From: an archaeon
GTDB taxonomy: Archaea > Nanobdellota > Nanobdellia > Woesearchaeales > GW2011-AR9
Direction of reading: 5' to 3'
Length of the DNA stretch: 64,000 bases
Assembly (NCBI GenBank): GCA_018696395.1
Contig: JABHQR010000013.1
Span: 1,802 to 65,801, forward strand
Part shown: one piece after another, positions 30,360-39,655 of the stretch
Position numbering within the stretch: the first letter of the stretch is position 1
Layout of the letters: each line of letters opens with the position of its first letter
Position numbers and translations under genes: made by a program
Notes under the pieces: model-generated
Seen by the model: the letters and a program-made list of their open reading frames with translations, nothing else
Database searches by the model: none
Told to the model about the DNA's origin: nothing

Positions 30360-31622
30360 TTAAAATTTAACTCCAGCTTCTAAATTACCACCAAAACCTG
30401 TACCTTCATCAGACCCACCATTAAGTGATTTTACACCAACAATATAACCGTTAGCTCCGATGTATAAATGACTCCCAAAACCTAATTCAGCGCCAACACC
30501 TAAGTAAGGTTGTAATGCCACAGGATTTGAGTTATCAGTAACAGGATCATGAGTTACAGAATCTCCATCAACCCATTCTTGGTTAACATAGAAATCTTTT
30601 GTTTCTTCCCATTTCTCAGTATTACTTGAACCATCGTTAATTAACAAATTTAATCCGCCAACAAGGCCAGCACTTAAATTTGTAGAGTTGTTTAACCTTA
30701 CATCTACAAAATCAAATCTGCCCGAAATTCCAGCTTGCCAATTTCCTTGTTCATTAATAGTTTCATAAGTCCTAGTATCAGTTTCTAATAAATAGCCAAC
30801 ACCACTTGCAGTATCAGTTTGAGTTTCAGAAACTTCTGATTCTAAACTATTTCGATCTTCAGAGTTTCTTACTTTACCAACATTTACATTAAGTTCTAAA
30901 GGACCCATATCATAACCAACAGTTACTCCACCACCTAACCACGCGCCACCTTCTTGACCCATAGCAGTTGCATAAGCGCCAACAGAAAGTTTACTTTCTT
31001 CATAAGCAGGAACTTCTCTTGGTTTTTTTACACCATCTTGTGCTTCAGGAACAGCTGCATGAGTTGGAACAGGAAAACTTGCGTCAGCATAACCAGCAGG
31101 GGTAGAATTATCAGTAGGAATTTTTGCAGCTTGTAAATCAGCTTCTAAAGAAGAAACTTGACCTTCCAATTCACCTAATCTTCCTTGAACACCACTTACA
31201 TCATAACATAAGTTAGTTGCAGTATGGCACCCTAAACCATCATAATCAGAATGTTTTAAACCAGTTGTTAAACCTAAACCTTCTGCAACGCTTGGTTCTA
31301 AACAAGTGTAATTAGTAAAATTACCATTAAAATCTTCACCCATTGCAGGAGTTCCACAAGCAGGTTTTACAGTTACAGTTCTAGTTTGAACCTGAGTCAT
31401 AACTCCACCATCATTAACTTGGTATAAACCAGGGTTAAGTACTTCAGCATCAGGAGTAAGTAATAGTTGTGATGGAACCACAGGAGCAGGTTGTGCAGGC
31501 TGTGCCACCGGTTGTTCGTCAGCAGGTTGAGCTTCATCTTGTCCAGATTTTTTCAAACCAGCATAAGCAGGTGAGGTCATTAAACCAACTGCTAAAGGTA
31601 ATGCGTATTTTGATATATTCAT
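30360..31622 (-). CDS. Secreted protein with C-terminal outer-membrane-type beta-barrel-like domain
   Basis: Signal peptide ending AYA; Pro/Gln linker; ~8 amphipathic Gly/aromatic beta-strands; ends GGNLEAGVKF; SD GGAGG. Confidence 0.6.
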   Translation of the reverse strand: MNISKYALPLAVGLMTSPAYAGLKKSGQDEAQPADEQPVAQPAQPAPVVPSQLLLTPDAEVLNPGLYQVNDGGVMTQVQTRTVTVKPACGTPAMGEDFNGNFTNYTCLEPSVAEGLGLTTGLKHSDYDGLGCHTATNLCYDVSGVQGRLGELEGQVSSLEADLQAAKIPTDNSTPAGYADASFPVPTHAAVPEAQDGVKKPREVPAYEESKLSVGAYATAMGQEGGAWLGGGVTVGYDMGPLELNVNVGKVRNSEDRNSLESEVSETQTDTASGVGYLLETDTRTYETINEQGNWQAGISGRFDFVDVRLNNSTNLSAGLVGGLNLLINDGSSNTEKWEETKDFYVNQEWVDGDSVTHDPVTDNSNPVALQPYLGVGAELGFGSHLYIGANGYIVGVKSLNGGSDEGTGFGGNLEAGVKF

Positions 31623-31646
31623 TTTATTTTTTCCTCCAATTAAAAA

Positions 31647-32777
31647 TTATTCAATTTTCCAGCCACTTTGATAGCCAGAATCTACTTCCCAAGTATTAAG
31701 GGTATTATCTTCAAAACCAATTTCTGATAAAAGTCCTAAAACTTTTGTGTTATCATTTTCATTTAATGGTTTGTAATCTGCAATCAAAGTATCAATTACT
31801 TCTTGCCCATTATTTGCTTCAAGTGCACCACCGTGATGTAATGTGTATTCATTCAAAACAGAAGTAACTCCTTCAACTGAATCTGTTTTTCTTAACAAAT
31901 TTCTGTAAGTTAAAGTTTGTAATGCTTCGTACTCTGCAGAGATTATATTTGCTTGTTCTAGTTTAACATTAGCGTCTTCAAGAACTTGTGCAGAAACACC
32001 ATCATTACTATTTACATTATAAGCAACTAAACCAAGAACTGCCATCCCAGCAAGACCTAATCCACCATACAAATTCCTTGCACTTTTAGTTGCATCTTCT
32101 GTTGCATTTTGAACTGCCAGACTTTTTTCTTTATCAGATTCATTTTGTTTAGTTGATAAATAACCAAATTCAATTTCTTTAAACAGTTTTAGCCCATTAT
32201 TTCCAGATTCATCATCTGATTCTAGCATTAAAGTAAAATAAGACTTAAGTTGAGGAATCACTATTTTTGCAATTTCAACATCAGTATATTTTCTAACTAT
32301 ACCCTCTTCAGTGTTATCAGAATTTTTAGGAACATTTAAGATTCTTAATTTATCTGTTTCATCGTGGAATATCCTTTGTACACCCGTTAGGTATTGGTCT
32401 ATAATTTCAGGCACGTTAGTTAAAAGATGTAACTTATTAAATGCACCAGCATGATATAAATTAATTGCTAAACGTTTGTCGTCCATAGCAGATTCATCTT
32501 CTTTTCCTTCTGCATTAACTAACCTATCTAGCCTACCAACATAACTTGCAACAGAATGCCCTTGAAATGGGTTAATTAATTCTGCAAATTCAGGGATGTT
32601 TGGATGTTGAGTTAATTCATCCCCTTTTTTTATTAATGTGAAATTACCACTAGAATTAAAATTATTTTTTTCTAAATTTTCTAAACCTTCTACAAGAGAT
32701 TCAAGAACAGTTGGTGCTACTGTTTCATCAGCTGATACGTCTTGCACCGTTACGTTAACTTTTTGTTTATCTGACAT
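31647..32777 (-). CDS. Hypothetical single-pass membrane protein
   Basis: 376-aa ORF with TM LYGGLGLAGMAVLGLVAY; SD GAGGAGG. Confidence 0.7.
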   Translation of the reverse strand: MSDKQKVNVTVQDVSADETVAPTVLESLVEGLENLEKNNFNSSGNFTLIKKGDELTQHPNIPEFAELINPFQGHSVASYVGRLDRLVNAEGKEDESAMDDKRLAINLYHAGAFNKLHLLTNVPEIIDQYLTGVQRIFHDETDKLRILNVPKNSDNTEEGIVRKYTDVEIAKIVIPQLKSYFTLMLESDDESGNNGLKLFKEIEFGYLSTKQNESDKEKSLAVQNATEDATKSARNLYGGLGLAGMAVLGLVAYNVNSNDGVSAQVLEDANVKLEQANIISAEYEALQTLTYRNLLRKTDSVEGVTSVLNEYTLHHGGALEANNGQEVIDTLIADYKPLNENDNTKVLGLLSEIGFEDNTLNTWEVDSGYQSGWKIE

Positions 32778-32862
32778 GTTTAATATTCCTCCTCAATTAG
32801 ACCGCGATTTATTTTTAATTATACTTAGGTTAGATATAATACTACTCCAAAGTAGCCACCAG

Positions 32863-32878
32863 TATTTAAATCTTTTGG
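32863..32878 (-). promoter_or_regulatory. Putative BRE+TATA promoter for the 32777-27065 surface-protein operon
   Basis: Minus strand CCAAAAGA-TTTAAATA. Confidence 0.5.
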
Positions 32879-33186
32879 AAAATTGCTAATATAGAGTAGT
32901 GACAAAAAGGGGATTTGCATAGACACTATTTACTATATATAACAATTTCTTGCAAATTTAAATCTGCTTAAACCTATTAACACCTACACCCCAAATACTT
33001 TCCACAACACCCACCAGTTATAATAATTTCTAGAATTTAGTCAATATGTTACAGATTAATCATTATAGGATATTAAATTATTATAATTAATAAATCTAAC
33101 TAAGAATCTCAAAAATATGTTGAAATAAGTGTATTGCGTGTTACAACATACGAATAAATAATTCAATGGATAGTTAAGTTGTTACA

Positions 33187-33648
33187 ATGAAAACTAAATA
33201 TGTTATTGGACTTGTGGGCTTAACTGCCTTAGGCGCGGCAGGAATTGCTTATGCAACTCCTAAAGCTAAAAATATGCTTGGGAATTTTAATCAAACTATC
33301 GATTCTGTTGTTCTCGAGCAAGATGTGACTGATTATTTAACTCCAATAGGAGAGAGGTTATCAGTCCTTGAAGATAGTTTTGGTGAATTGTATGATGGAA
33401 TATCATCTAATCAAGATTTAATTGAAGAAAATGCTAATGGTTACATGACAATGTCAGAAAACAATACAATATTAGCAGACAGATTAGACAAGTTAGAACA
33501 ACAAATTAATTCAGAACAAAAAGTTTACTGTACTGATGCTAAAATACCTTTTGTAGAAACTGAATTTCTATTTTGCTACAAAGAAGAAACTGTTGAACAA
33601 CCAGAGTTGGAACCAAAAATAGAGGGACCAGTTGTTAATGAAGAATAA
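33187..33648 (+). CDS. Hypothetical secreted/membrane-anchored coiled-coil protein
   Basis: N-terminal hydrophobic segment ending AYA, coiled-coil middle, Cys pair. Confidence 0.7.
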   Translation: MKTKYVIGLVGLTALGAAGIAYATPKAKNMLGNFNQTIDSVVLEQDVTDYLTPIGERLSVLEDSFGELYDGISSNQDLIEENANGYMTMSENNTILADRLDKLEQQINSEQKVYCTDAKIPFVETEFLFCYKEETVEQPELEPKIEGPVVNEE

Positions 33649-33662
33649 AACTATTAAGAAGA

Positions 33663-33706
33663 TTAGAAATTTCAGAACTAAACATTTGACAATTTCTAAT
33701 TTTATT
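33663..33706 (+). terminator. Possible stem-loop terminator after the 33187 gene
   Basis: TTAGAAATT (33663-71) / AATTTCTAA (33691-99) inverted repeat followed by a T-rich tract. Confidence 0.3.
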
Positions 33707-33781
33707 TGTAGTTATGAGTATTACTGCACAAGTTTATACTCTTCAACAATTAAAGAGACTGATAGTGTTATACAAGGGAAT

Positions 33782-33915
33782 GCTTACCTAACCATGTCTT
33801 CGTGATGTGTTGGAAAAAGAGGATGAACTGTCATAAGTCAAACGGGACCGCCCCCTTCCACGCGTGTCTTGGAAGAAGGTCAGGACAGTTTAATCTTCCA
33901 AAAAGTTAGGTAAGT
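33782..33915 (+). ncRNA. Candidate structured non-coding RNA of unknown family
   Basis: GC-rich island in AT-rich intergenic DNA; nested helices GCTTACCTAAC/GTTAGGTAAGT, GAGGATGAACTGTC/GACAGTTTAATCTTC, GACC/GGTC, CTTCCA/TGGAAG, plus CATGTC-TTCGT-GATGTG hairpin; most G-U pairs favour the + strand. Confidence 0.5.
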
Positions 33916-33988
33916 TATTTCTTTAAAAAGTCATCAAAAAAAGAAAGAATGAAAAAAATAAAAACAAAATTAATGGAGGATAAATAAA

Positions 33989-34441
33989 ATGGATTTAGTA
34001 AAATTATTAATTGGTGGAACTGTAGCTACAGGATTAGGAGTAGGAGGATATTTTTTAGGTAACAAAATGGGTTTTGATCAAGGACATGATCAGGGATATG
34101 CTTTAGCTGACCAGATTCCAGTAACAGTAGATGAATGTAAAAATGTTTATACATCTGAAATGGACAAATATAGTTCAATAGAATCTAATAATTTGATTAA
34201 CTCAGATAACAGCAGTTTAAATCTTTATGTTTGTGAAGAACTAGGCTTGAAAGCTTTTGGAATTGAGAATAAAGCAGAAGGGATACAATCTTTGTTAGGA
34301 TATAATACCAGCCCATTTGGAGTTAAACAAATATCTGCAACACAAATTATGCCAGAAACTTTCTGTAATGGTAGTTATGAAAAATTACAGATCATCCCAG
34401 AGATGGTAACTTACGACGCAGTTGCAGAATTGCCTATGTAA
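33989..34441 (+). CDS. Membrane-anchored protein with GxxxG repeats and Cys-containing ectodomain (paralog A)
   Basis: N-terminal TM, GFDQGHDQGY, T.DEC..VY...L.L..C....G.K; SD GGAGG. Confidence 0.7.
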   Translation: MDLVKLLIGGTVATGLGVGGYFLGNKMGFDQGHDQGYALADQIPVTVDECKNVYTSEMDKYSSIESNNLINSDNSSLNLYVCEELGLKAFGIENKAEGIQSLLGYNTSPFGVKQISATQIMPETFCNGSYEKLQIIPEMVTYDAVAELPM

Positions 34442-34491
34442 TTATTTCTTTTTTCTTTTTATTAAATATTTTTAATTGAGAACAAATAAAA

Positions 34492-34992
34492 ATGGATAAA
34501 ATCCCCAAGATATTACTTTGTACAATTAGCCCATTAATAGTTGGAACCGTAGCATACTTTTATCACAATAGCAAGCTAGAAAAAGAATTTGAAAAAGGTT
34601 ATCAAGATGGTTTTAATAGTGGTTATGAGCAAGGTAAAAATGAGGAACCAACACAAAATGAGTGTAATAATTTATATGATCAGCAATTAGAACAATTTTT
34701 AGAAAATTGTAAAGACATACCATTTCAAGACAAATTCAATAATCAATTTACTAATCCAAATGAGTTAGATTTATCGTTAATATGTTCTAAAGATGCAGGA
34801 TTCAAATCATTAGTTTATCAATTTGTTAATGGTGACCAAGGTATGATTTACAGTAGAATAAATTTCTTAGGAGAAAGAGAATACCAGATTGAGAAAGGAA
34901 ACTTATCTCAACTAATTGAAGATCATGAATATAATAGTTTTGGAATAAAACCAATATTAGTGATAAGCAATTATGAAAATAATGAACCTTAA
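34492..34992 (+). CDS. Membrane-anchored protein with GxxxG repeats (paralog B)
   Basis: N-terminal TM, GYQDGFNSGYEQG, TQNECNNLY...LDLSLICSKDAGFK. Confidence 0.7.
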   Translation: MDKIPKILLCTISPLIVGTVAYFYHNSKLEKEFEKGYQDGFNSGYEQGKNEEPTQNECNNLYDQQLEQFLENCKDIPFQDKFNNQFTNPNELDLSLICSKDAGFKSLVYQFVNGDQGMIYSRINFLGEREYQIEKGNLSQLIEDHEYNSFGIKPILVISNYENNEP

Positions 34993-35088
34993 CTTGTTTT
35001 TGTAGTTTACTTTACCACTACACCAGTTTAAATCAAAAAGTACATTATAAAATTTTGTGGAAGGATATAAAATAAAAAAACAGAATTA

Positions 35089-36468
35089 ATGGAGGACATT
35101 AAAAAAATGGAAGAAGGAGAAGGAATATTGCCAGGAAATGAACCAGGCGCACAAAGTACAAATTATCAAAGTCAAAGTTTAGAACAAACTATTGATCAAA
35201 AAGAGATTTATAATGCAGATGAAGAACTAGACAGATTAGATGAAGAATTACATAAAAAAGGAATCAGTTATGAACGTATTGGAGCTGAACAAAGAGATAG
35301 GGCAAGTGCAACAACTCAACAAGAATATAATCAACCCATTGTTCAAAACCAAGAAGATCTTAATAAAAATGTTCTAAATACTATTTACAATAAAGCTGCC
35401 GAAGAATTAGATGATAAGCAGAAAGAACAACATGAACAATCAATTAAATTTAGACAATTTTTATACACTGCGTTAAGTTATGTTGGAGTAGATATGTATC
35501 AAAAAGATATTGAGAAAAAAGCAGATTTTGCAAAAGAACTTACTGATACACAACTAACTGTTATTAATGAGATAGAAACAAGATACTTTGGAAGAAAAAG
35601 AACAGGAGTCACAGAAAAAGAAGCAGAACGTATGAGGCAAATTGAAAAAAGATACAAAGCAAATGACACATTAGGCCTTAGTCAATTAAAGTCAGCAGGA
35701 GTTGACCCAGAAGGAGGTATTGAAGGTAAAATTAAATATTTAGGAAGAGATATAGAAAAAATAGATCTAAACATAGATACCCAAGAAGGAATTATCTCCC
35801 AATTAGATACAATGATTTCTTCAAATGAAACCACATACCAAAAAATTGTACAAAATGTACAAAATGTTGAAAGTTTAATTGGAACAGAACAAGATGAAAC
35901 TAAAATAAATGAATATCAAAATAAAAAAGGAGAATTTGAACTTAGAGCAATAGTTCTAAATAAAGAAATTGACAACCAAAAAAGAGATAGGGAAGACCTT
36001 AAAGATAGACTTGACGAATTATATGACAAACTAGAAGATAAAGAAAACTTTTTAGAAGATTTAGAAGATGAAAGGTTAGAACTGAAAGAAGTTTGGATGG
36101 ATGAGAAGAGTAACTACCAAGATGTTAGAAGAGCTTACAATTTTCTTCAAAGAAATATTGACAAAATGAATCGTTTCTCTAAAAATAAAGAAATTTTGAA
36201 CATTGCTGATTTGATTAATGAAACTGAAAGTTTCTATAAATTAGGAGAGCTCTTAGGTGAATATCAAAGTTCAAGTAGAACCCTTAATTCAGGAGTAGGA
36301 CGAGATAATAGAGATAGAAATGAAAAAAATAGAAAAACAAGAAGACAGAATACCGAAACACGAATTAAAGAAAAAGAAAAATCTTTAGAGATGGGTCGAA
36401 GAGAGAAAAGATTAAAAAGAAGAAGAAGAAGAAGAAGTGGAAGTGACTTCTTACAACCAACAACATAA
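35089..36468 (+). CDS. Long coiled-coil protein with Arg-rich C-terminal tail
   Basis: Extended heptad-rich Glu/Lys/Leu region; tail RREKRLKRRRRRRS. Confidence 0.75.
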   Translation: MEDIKKMEEGEGILPGNEPGAQSTNYQSQSLEQTIDQKEIYNADEELDRLDEELHKKGISYERIGAEQRDRASATTQQEYNQPIVQNQEDLNKNVLNTIYNKAAEELDDKQKEQHEQSIKFRQFLYTALSYVGVDMYQKDIEKKADFAKELTDTQLTVINEIETRYFGRKRTGVTEKEAERMRQIEKRYKANDTLGLSQLKSAGVDPEGGIEGKIKYLGRDIEKIDLNIDTQEGIISQLDTMISSNETTYQKIVQNVQNVESLIGTEQDETKINEYQNKKGEFELRAIVLNKEIDNQKRDREDLKDRLDELYDKLEDKENFLEDLEDERLELKEVWMDEKSNYQDVRRAYNFLQRNIDKMNRFSKNKEILNIADLINETESFYKLGELLGEYQSSSRTLNSGVGRDNRDRNEKNRKTRRQNTETRIKEKEKSLEMGRREKRLKRRRRRRSGSDFLQPTT

Positions 36469-36512
36469 TTTTTATTTTTTTATTTTAAATTAACTAAAAA
36501 AGGTATTTACAA

Positions 36513-38129
36513 ATGGGATTAGAACAAGTTGTTGGCAAGGAAGAGATTTTAAATAATTTCGCTAGAAATAAAAATCAGTTTGAACAGCTCTTGCAATCAA
36601 TAGGGTTAAGAATTGAACATAGCACTAAAAGAGAAACTGTAAGGCCCCTTATTGAAGAATACTGTAAATTGATGATTGGAACATATTATTCTGTTGAAAA
36701 AAAAATTAAGGAGAATGACTTAGTTGGAAATGTACTGGGAAGAGAAGAAATTAATTCTATTTATTCAATGTATATTGCATCAAAATTAATTGATATTAAT
36801 TTAAACAAACGATTAGGTCAGAACGGAAAAAAACAACATATGATTAGTAGGTCATCAAATAAAAGAAGATTAATTAGAACTGGACACCAAGATGAGTATA
36901 GTAATTTTGATTTAGCATTGTCTTCTTTATTTGAACAAGTTAATAGGTCCAGAACCCCAAATTTAAGAGATGTGAGAGAATTTAACAAAGAATATCAAAA
37001 ACAAGCAGCAATATGTTTAAGAAATTTAACAAATGAAGATCAATTTAATTCATTAAGTGACATTAAATGGAATATTGCAGGATACAATGTCACAGGTGTA
37101 GAGATACCAAAAGAAGTGAGTTTAGTTCAAAGTAATTCTGTCAAAAAAGCTCAACATAAAGAAACAGAGATGTTTGAAACTCCTTTAGAATACATGCACA
37201 TAGATAAGAAAAAAGTCATGGCAAAAGAAAAAATAATAGGAGATCAGAAAGTTATTGATGAATTAGAAAAAAGTGTAAGACAATTAATGACTTATAATAT
37301 AAATCACCAGACTAATTTATTCAAAGATTTGGGGATATTTAATAACAAACATTTACTTCAAGGGCTTCCTGGGACTGGAAAAACTAGAGTAGCTTTTTAT
37401 TTGATAGATTATGCTGAAAAACTAAATGCAAGGTATGGAGGCAATTTAATGGTTTCAGCATTAAATATCAACTCTTCTTGGAAAGATGGAGACATACAAA
37501 AATTACAAAGCCAGTTTAATCAGATATGTTCTGAAAATAAAACTTTCTTTATATTTGAAGATGAAATTGATGCACTTTTGAAAGAAGGTCCACAAGATAA
37601 AGAAGATCGAGGACAGGTTAGAATAAAGAAAGAGTTCAATAAATTCCTAGAAGGAGCTTATCCAGATAGAGGAAATTACTTATTTTTAACAACATTAAAC
37701 AGATTAGAAAACTTGACAAGAGATAATAGAGAAAGATTTGATTGTCATAATTGGAGAGGGGCAGTAACTTCTGAAGAGAAAGCGCTTTTAATTAAATATA
37801 AATTAGAAGAAGGCTATTCTGGAAATATTAATATTTCACAAAAAGATTTAGGATTGTTAGGTGATTTAGCTTATAGGTCTGATTTAGGGGGAAGAGATAT
37901 AGCTAAAATATGTGTTGGAATAAAACAAGAGTCATTTAATGATTCAGAAGAAATATTTGACATGTTAAAGAAAAATGAATCTTCAATCGAATCTCAAAGA
38001 AAAATTATCACATCAAACTTGCAAGAAGTTAATTACAATTCATTAAAATCTAAATTTGAAGCATATCTAGAAAATAGAGAAAATATTCTACAAGATTCTA
38101 CCCAATATTCTGGAGGAAATAATGGTTAA
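36513..38129 (+). CDS. AAA+ ATPase (classic AAA clade-like) with N-terminal helical domain
   Basis: Walker A GLPGTGKT, Walker B FIFEDEIDAL, sensor TTLN, RERFD arginine-finger region, GRDIAKIC. Confidence 0.85.
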   Translation: MGLEQVVGKEEILNNFARNKNQFEQLLQSIGLRIEHSTKRETVRPLIEEYCKLMIGTYYSVEKKIKENDLVGNVLGREEINSIYSMYIASKLIDINLNKRLGQNGKKQHMISRSSNKRRLIRTGHQDEYSNFDLALSSLFEQVNRSRTPNLRDVREFNKEYQKQAAICLRNLTNEDQFNSLSDIKWNIAGYNVTGVEIPKEVSLVQSNSVKKAQHKETEMFETPLEYMHIDKKKVMAKEKIIGDQKVIDELEKSVRQLMTYNINHQTNLFKDLGIFNNKHLLQGLPGTGKTRVAFYLIDYAEKLNARYGGNLMVSALNINSSWKDGDIQKLQSQFNQICSENKTFFIFEDEIDALLKEGPQDKEDRGQVRIKKEFNKFLEGAYPDRGNYLFLTTLNRLENLTRDNRERFDCHNWRGAVTSEEKALLIKYKLEEGYSGNINISQKDLGLLGDLAYRSDLGGRDIAKICVGIKQESFNDSEEIFDMLKKNESSIESQRKIITSNLQEVNYNSLKSKFEAYLENRENILQDSTQYSGGNNG

Positions 38130-39624
38130 GAATATTTTTGGAGAAGAAGATTCTCAATTTAGATCTGAAGGAACAAGGAAATTATTTAGGACATATCACA
38201 GGTATTTTTTAGATGAAGATAAACAGAGAGATAAAAGTCCTAACAGTAGCAATAGTAATAGTAGTTATAATAATGACAATAATGATGATAATGTAGAATT
38301 TATTGAAAAAAATCAAGAGAATGATCAAAAGAATAATGAACAAAATGGTCTTGAAGATAATTTATCAATTGAAACAACAGTAAGAAAAAAGAGAAAAAAA
38401 TTTATTAGGCCACAAGCGTTGGAGATTGAAGTTGAACAAACCAATGAATTACATACACCAACTGAATTTGAAGAAGTACCAACAGGAACATATCAATTTG
38501 GCGAGAATATTTTTAATGAGATATTAGATTATTACAAAGCTAACATTATTGGTGGAATTAAAAGTACCCCTATCCTAGAGGAAGATAGTAACTGTTTATT
38601 ATCCACTATATGTGCTTCTTCAAGAAATTCTTTTATTGTAGAAGGAGAATCTAGGACTGGAAAATCTTTGATTGTGGATAAATTAACACCCCTTTTAACA
38701 TCAGTATATTATTTAAGAAATTGTTCAAATAAATCAATGTTTGGTAATTCTGAACAGATTAATAAAAATGATTTTCTTTACATAACAGAATTTCAATCAG
38801 CAATTGAAGGAAACCCAGCTGTAAAAGAAGCATTGAAATTAATTACAGAAGATAAAGATGCTAGTAATGATGGGTATGGGGAAAGAGTTACATTAAATGG
38901 GGATATTACAGTAATGAGTACTGGTGCGGATGAAAATATTAAAACTCAAAGAAGAGATGTTGAACTTTCTGGCAGATTCATCATTCTAAAAACCAGGGCT
39001 GACGCAGAAAAAATTAAAGCAATATGTGATTATCAAGATGGTTTATTAGATGGAAGTATTGAAGGTGTTAACTTCAGTAAAGATAGATTAAGAAAACTTA
39101 AAAAACATATTGTAGATACCATCAATTTAAAAGATGTAAATTTTGAAAATCCTTTTGTAAGTTCTTATTCACAACATTTACCTAACACTAAAAAATCGGT
39201 TTATTATAGGACATTATATTATTCATTAGTTAATGCATTTACCAAGATAGATAGACATAATAGGGTTTGGAAAGGAGAAGATAAGTTAATCACTAATATC
39301 CAAGATATTTATATCACACACCAACTATATCATCAAAATTATTGTAATATTCTAAAAAACTTGTCATTGCAATCATATTCATCAATGGAAAAAAGTCTTA
39401 CTACTTTGGAAAAAGATGTTAAAAAACAAGAGATGGAAAATGAGATTAAACTTATTGACAATTTAATTTCAAAACCAGTTGATTGGGAACAAGTATGGGA
39501 TTCAGGTTATAAAATTATGAAAGAAAGGAACTTTGATTTGGCAGAACAATGGAAAATAAACCAAAGCCTAGGAGATAGTGTATTAGTTTACGACCCCATA
39601 ATAAAACAACAGATAGGAATTTAG
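38122..39624 (+). CDS. P-loop/AAA+ ATPase (MCM/primase-associated helicase-like)
   Basis: IVEGESRTGKS Walker A, LYITEF Walker B, STGA sensor, ELSGRF; overlaps upstream ATPase by 8 bp. Confidence 0.7.
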   Translation: MVKNIFGEEDSQFRSEGTRKLFRTYHRYFLDEDKQRDKSPNSSNSNSSYNNDNNDDNVEFIEKNQENDQKNNEQNGLEDNLSIETTVRKKRKKFIRPQALEIEVEQTNELHTPTEFEEVPTGTYQFGENIFNEILDYYKANIIGGIKSTPILEEDSNCLLSTICASSRNSFIVEGESRTGKSLIVDKLTPLLTSVYYLRNCSNKSMFGNSEQINKNDFLYITEFQSAIEGNPAVKEALKLITEDKDASNDGYGERVTLNGDITVMSTGADENIKTQRRDVELSGRFIILKTRADAEKIKAICDYQDGLLDGSIEGVNFSKDRLRKLKKHIVDTINLKDVNFENPFVSSYSQHLPNTKKSVYYRTLYYSLVNAFTKIDRHNRVWKGEDKLITNIQDIYITHQLYHQNYCNILKNLSLQSYSSMEKSLTTLEKDVKKQEMENEIKLIDNLISKPVDWEQVWDSGYKIMKERNFDLAEQWKINQSLGDSVLVYDPIIKQQIGI

Positions 39625-39655
39625 ATCAAGTAATCATTGAATTTATCAAAAATGA

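Noticed and set aside
33770-33915. Cobalamin riboswitch, retron msr-msd, SRP RNA or hammerhead ribozyme identity for the structured RNA
   Set aside because: Scattered words (GGGAA, GCCCCC, GGAAG, GTCAGGA) are not in the riboswitch arrangement; no adjacent RT for a retron; no SRP helix-8 or CUGAUGA/GAAA core seen
36400-36440. AGA tandem microsatellite as a phase-variation tract
   Set aside because: Triplet repeat encoding the in-frame poly-Arg tail; slippage would not shift the frame
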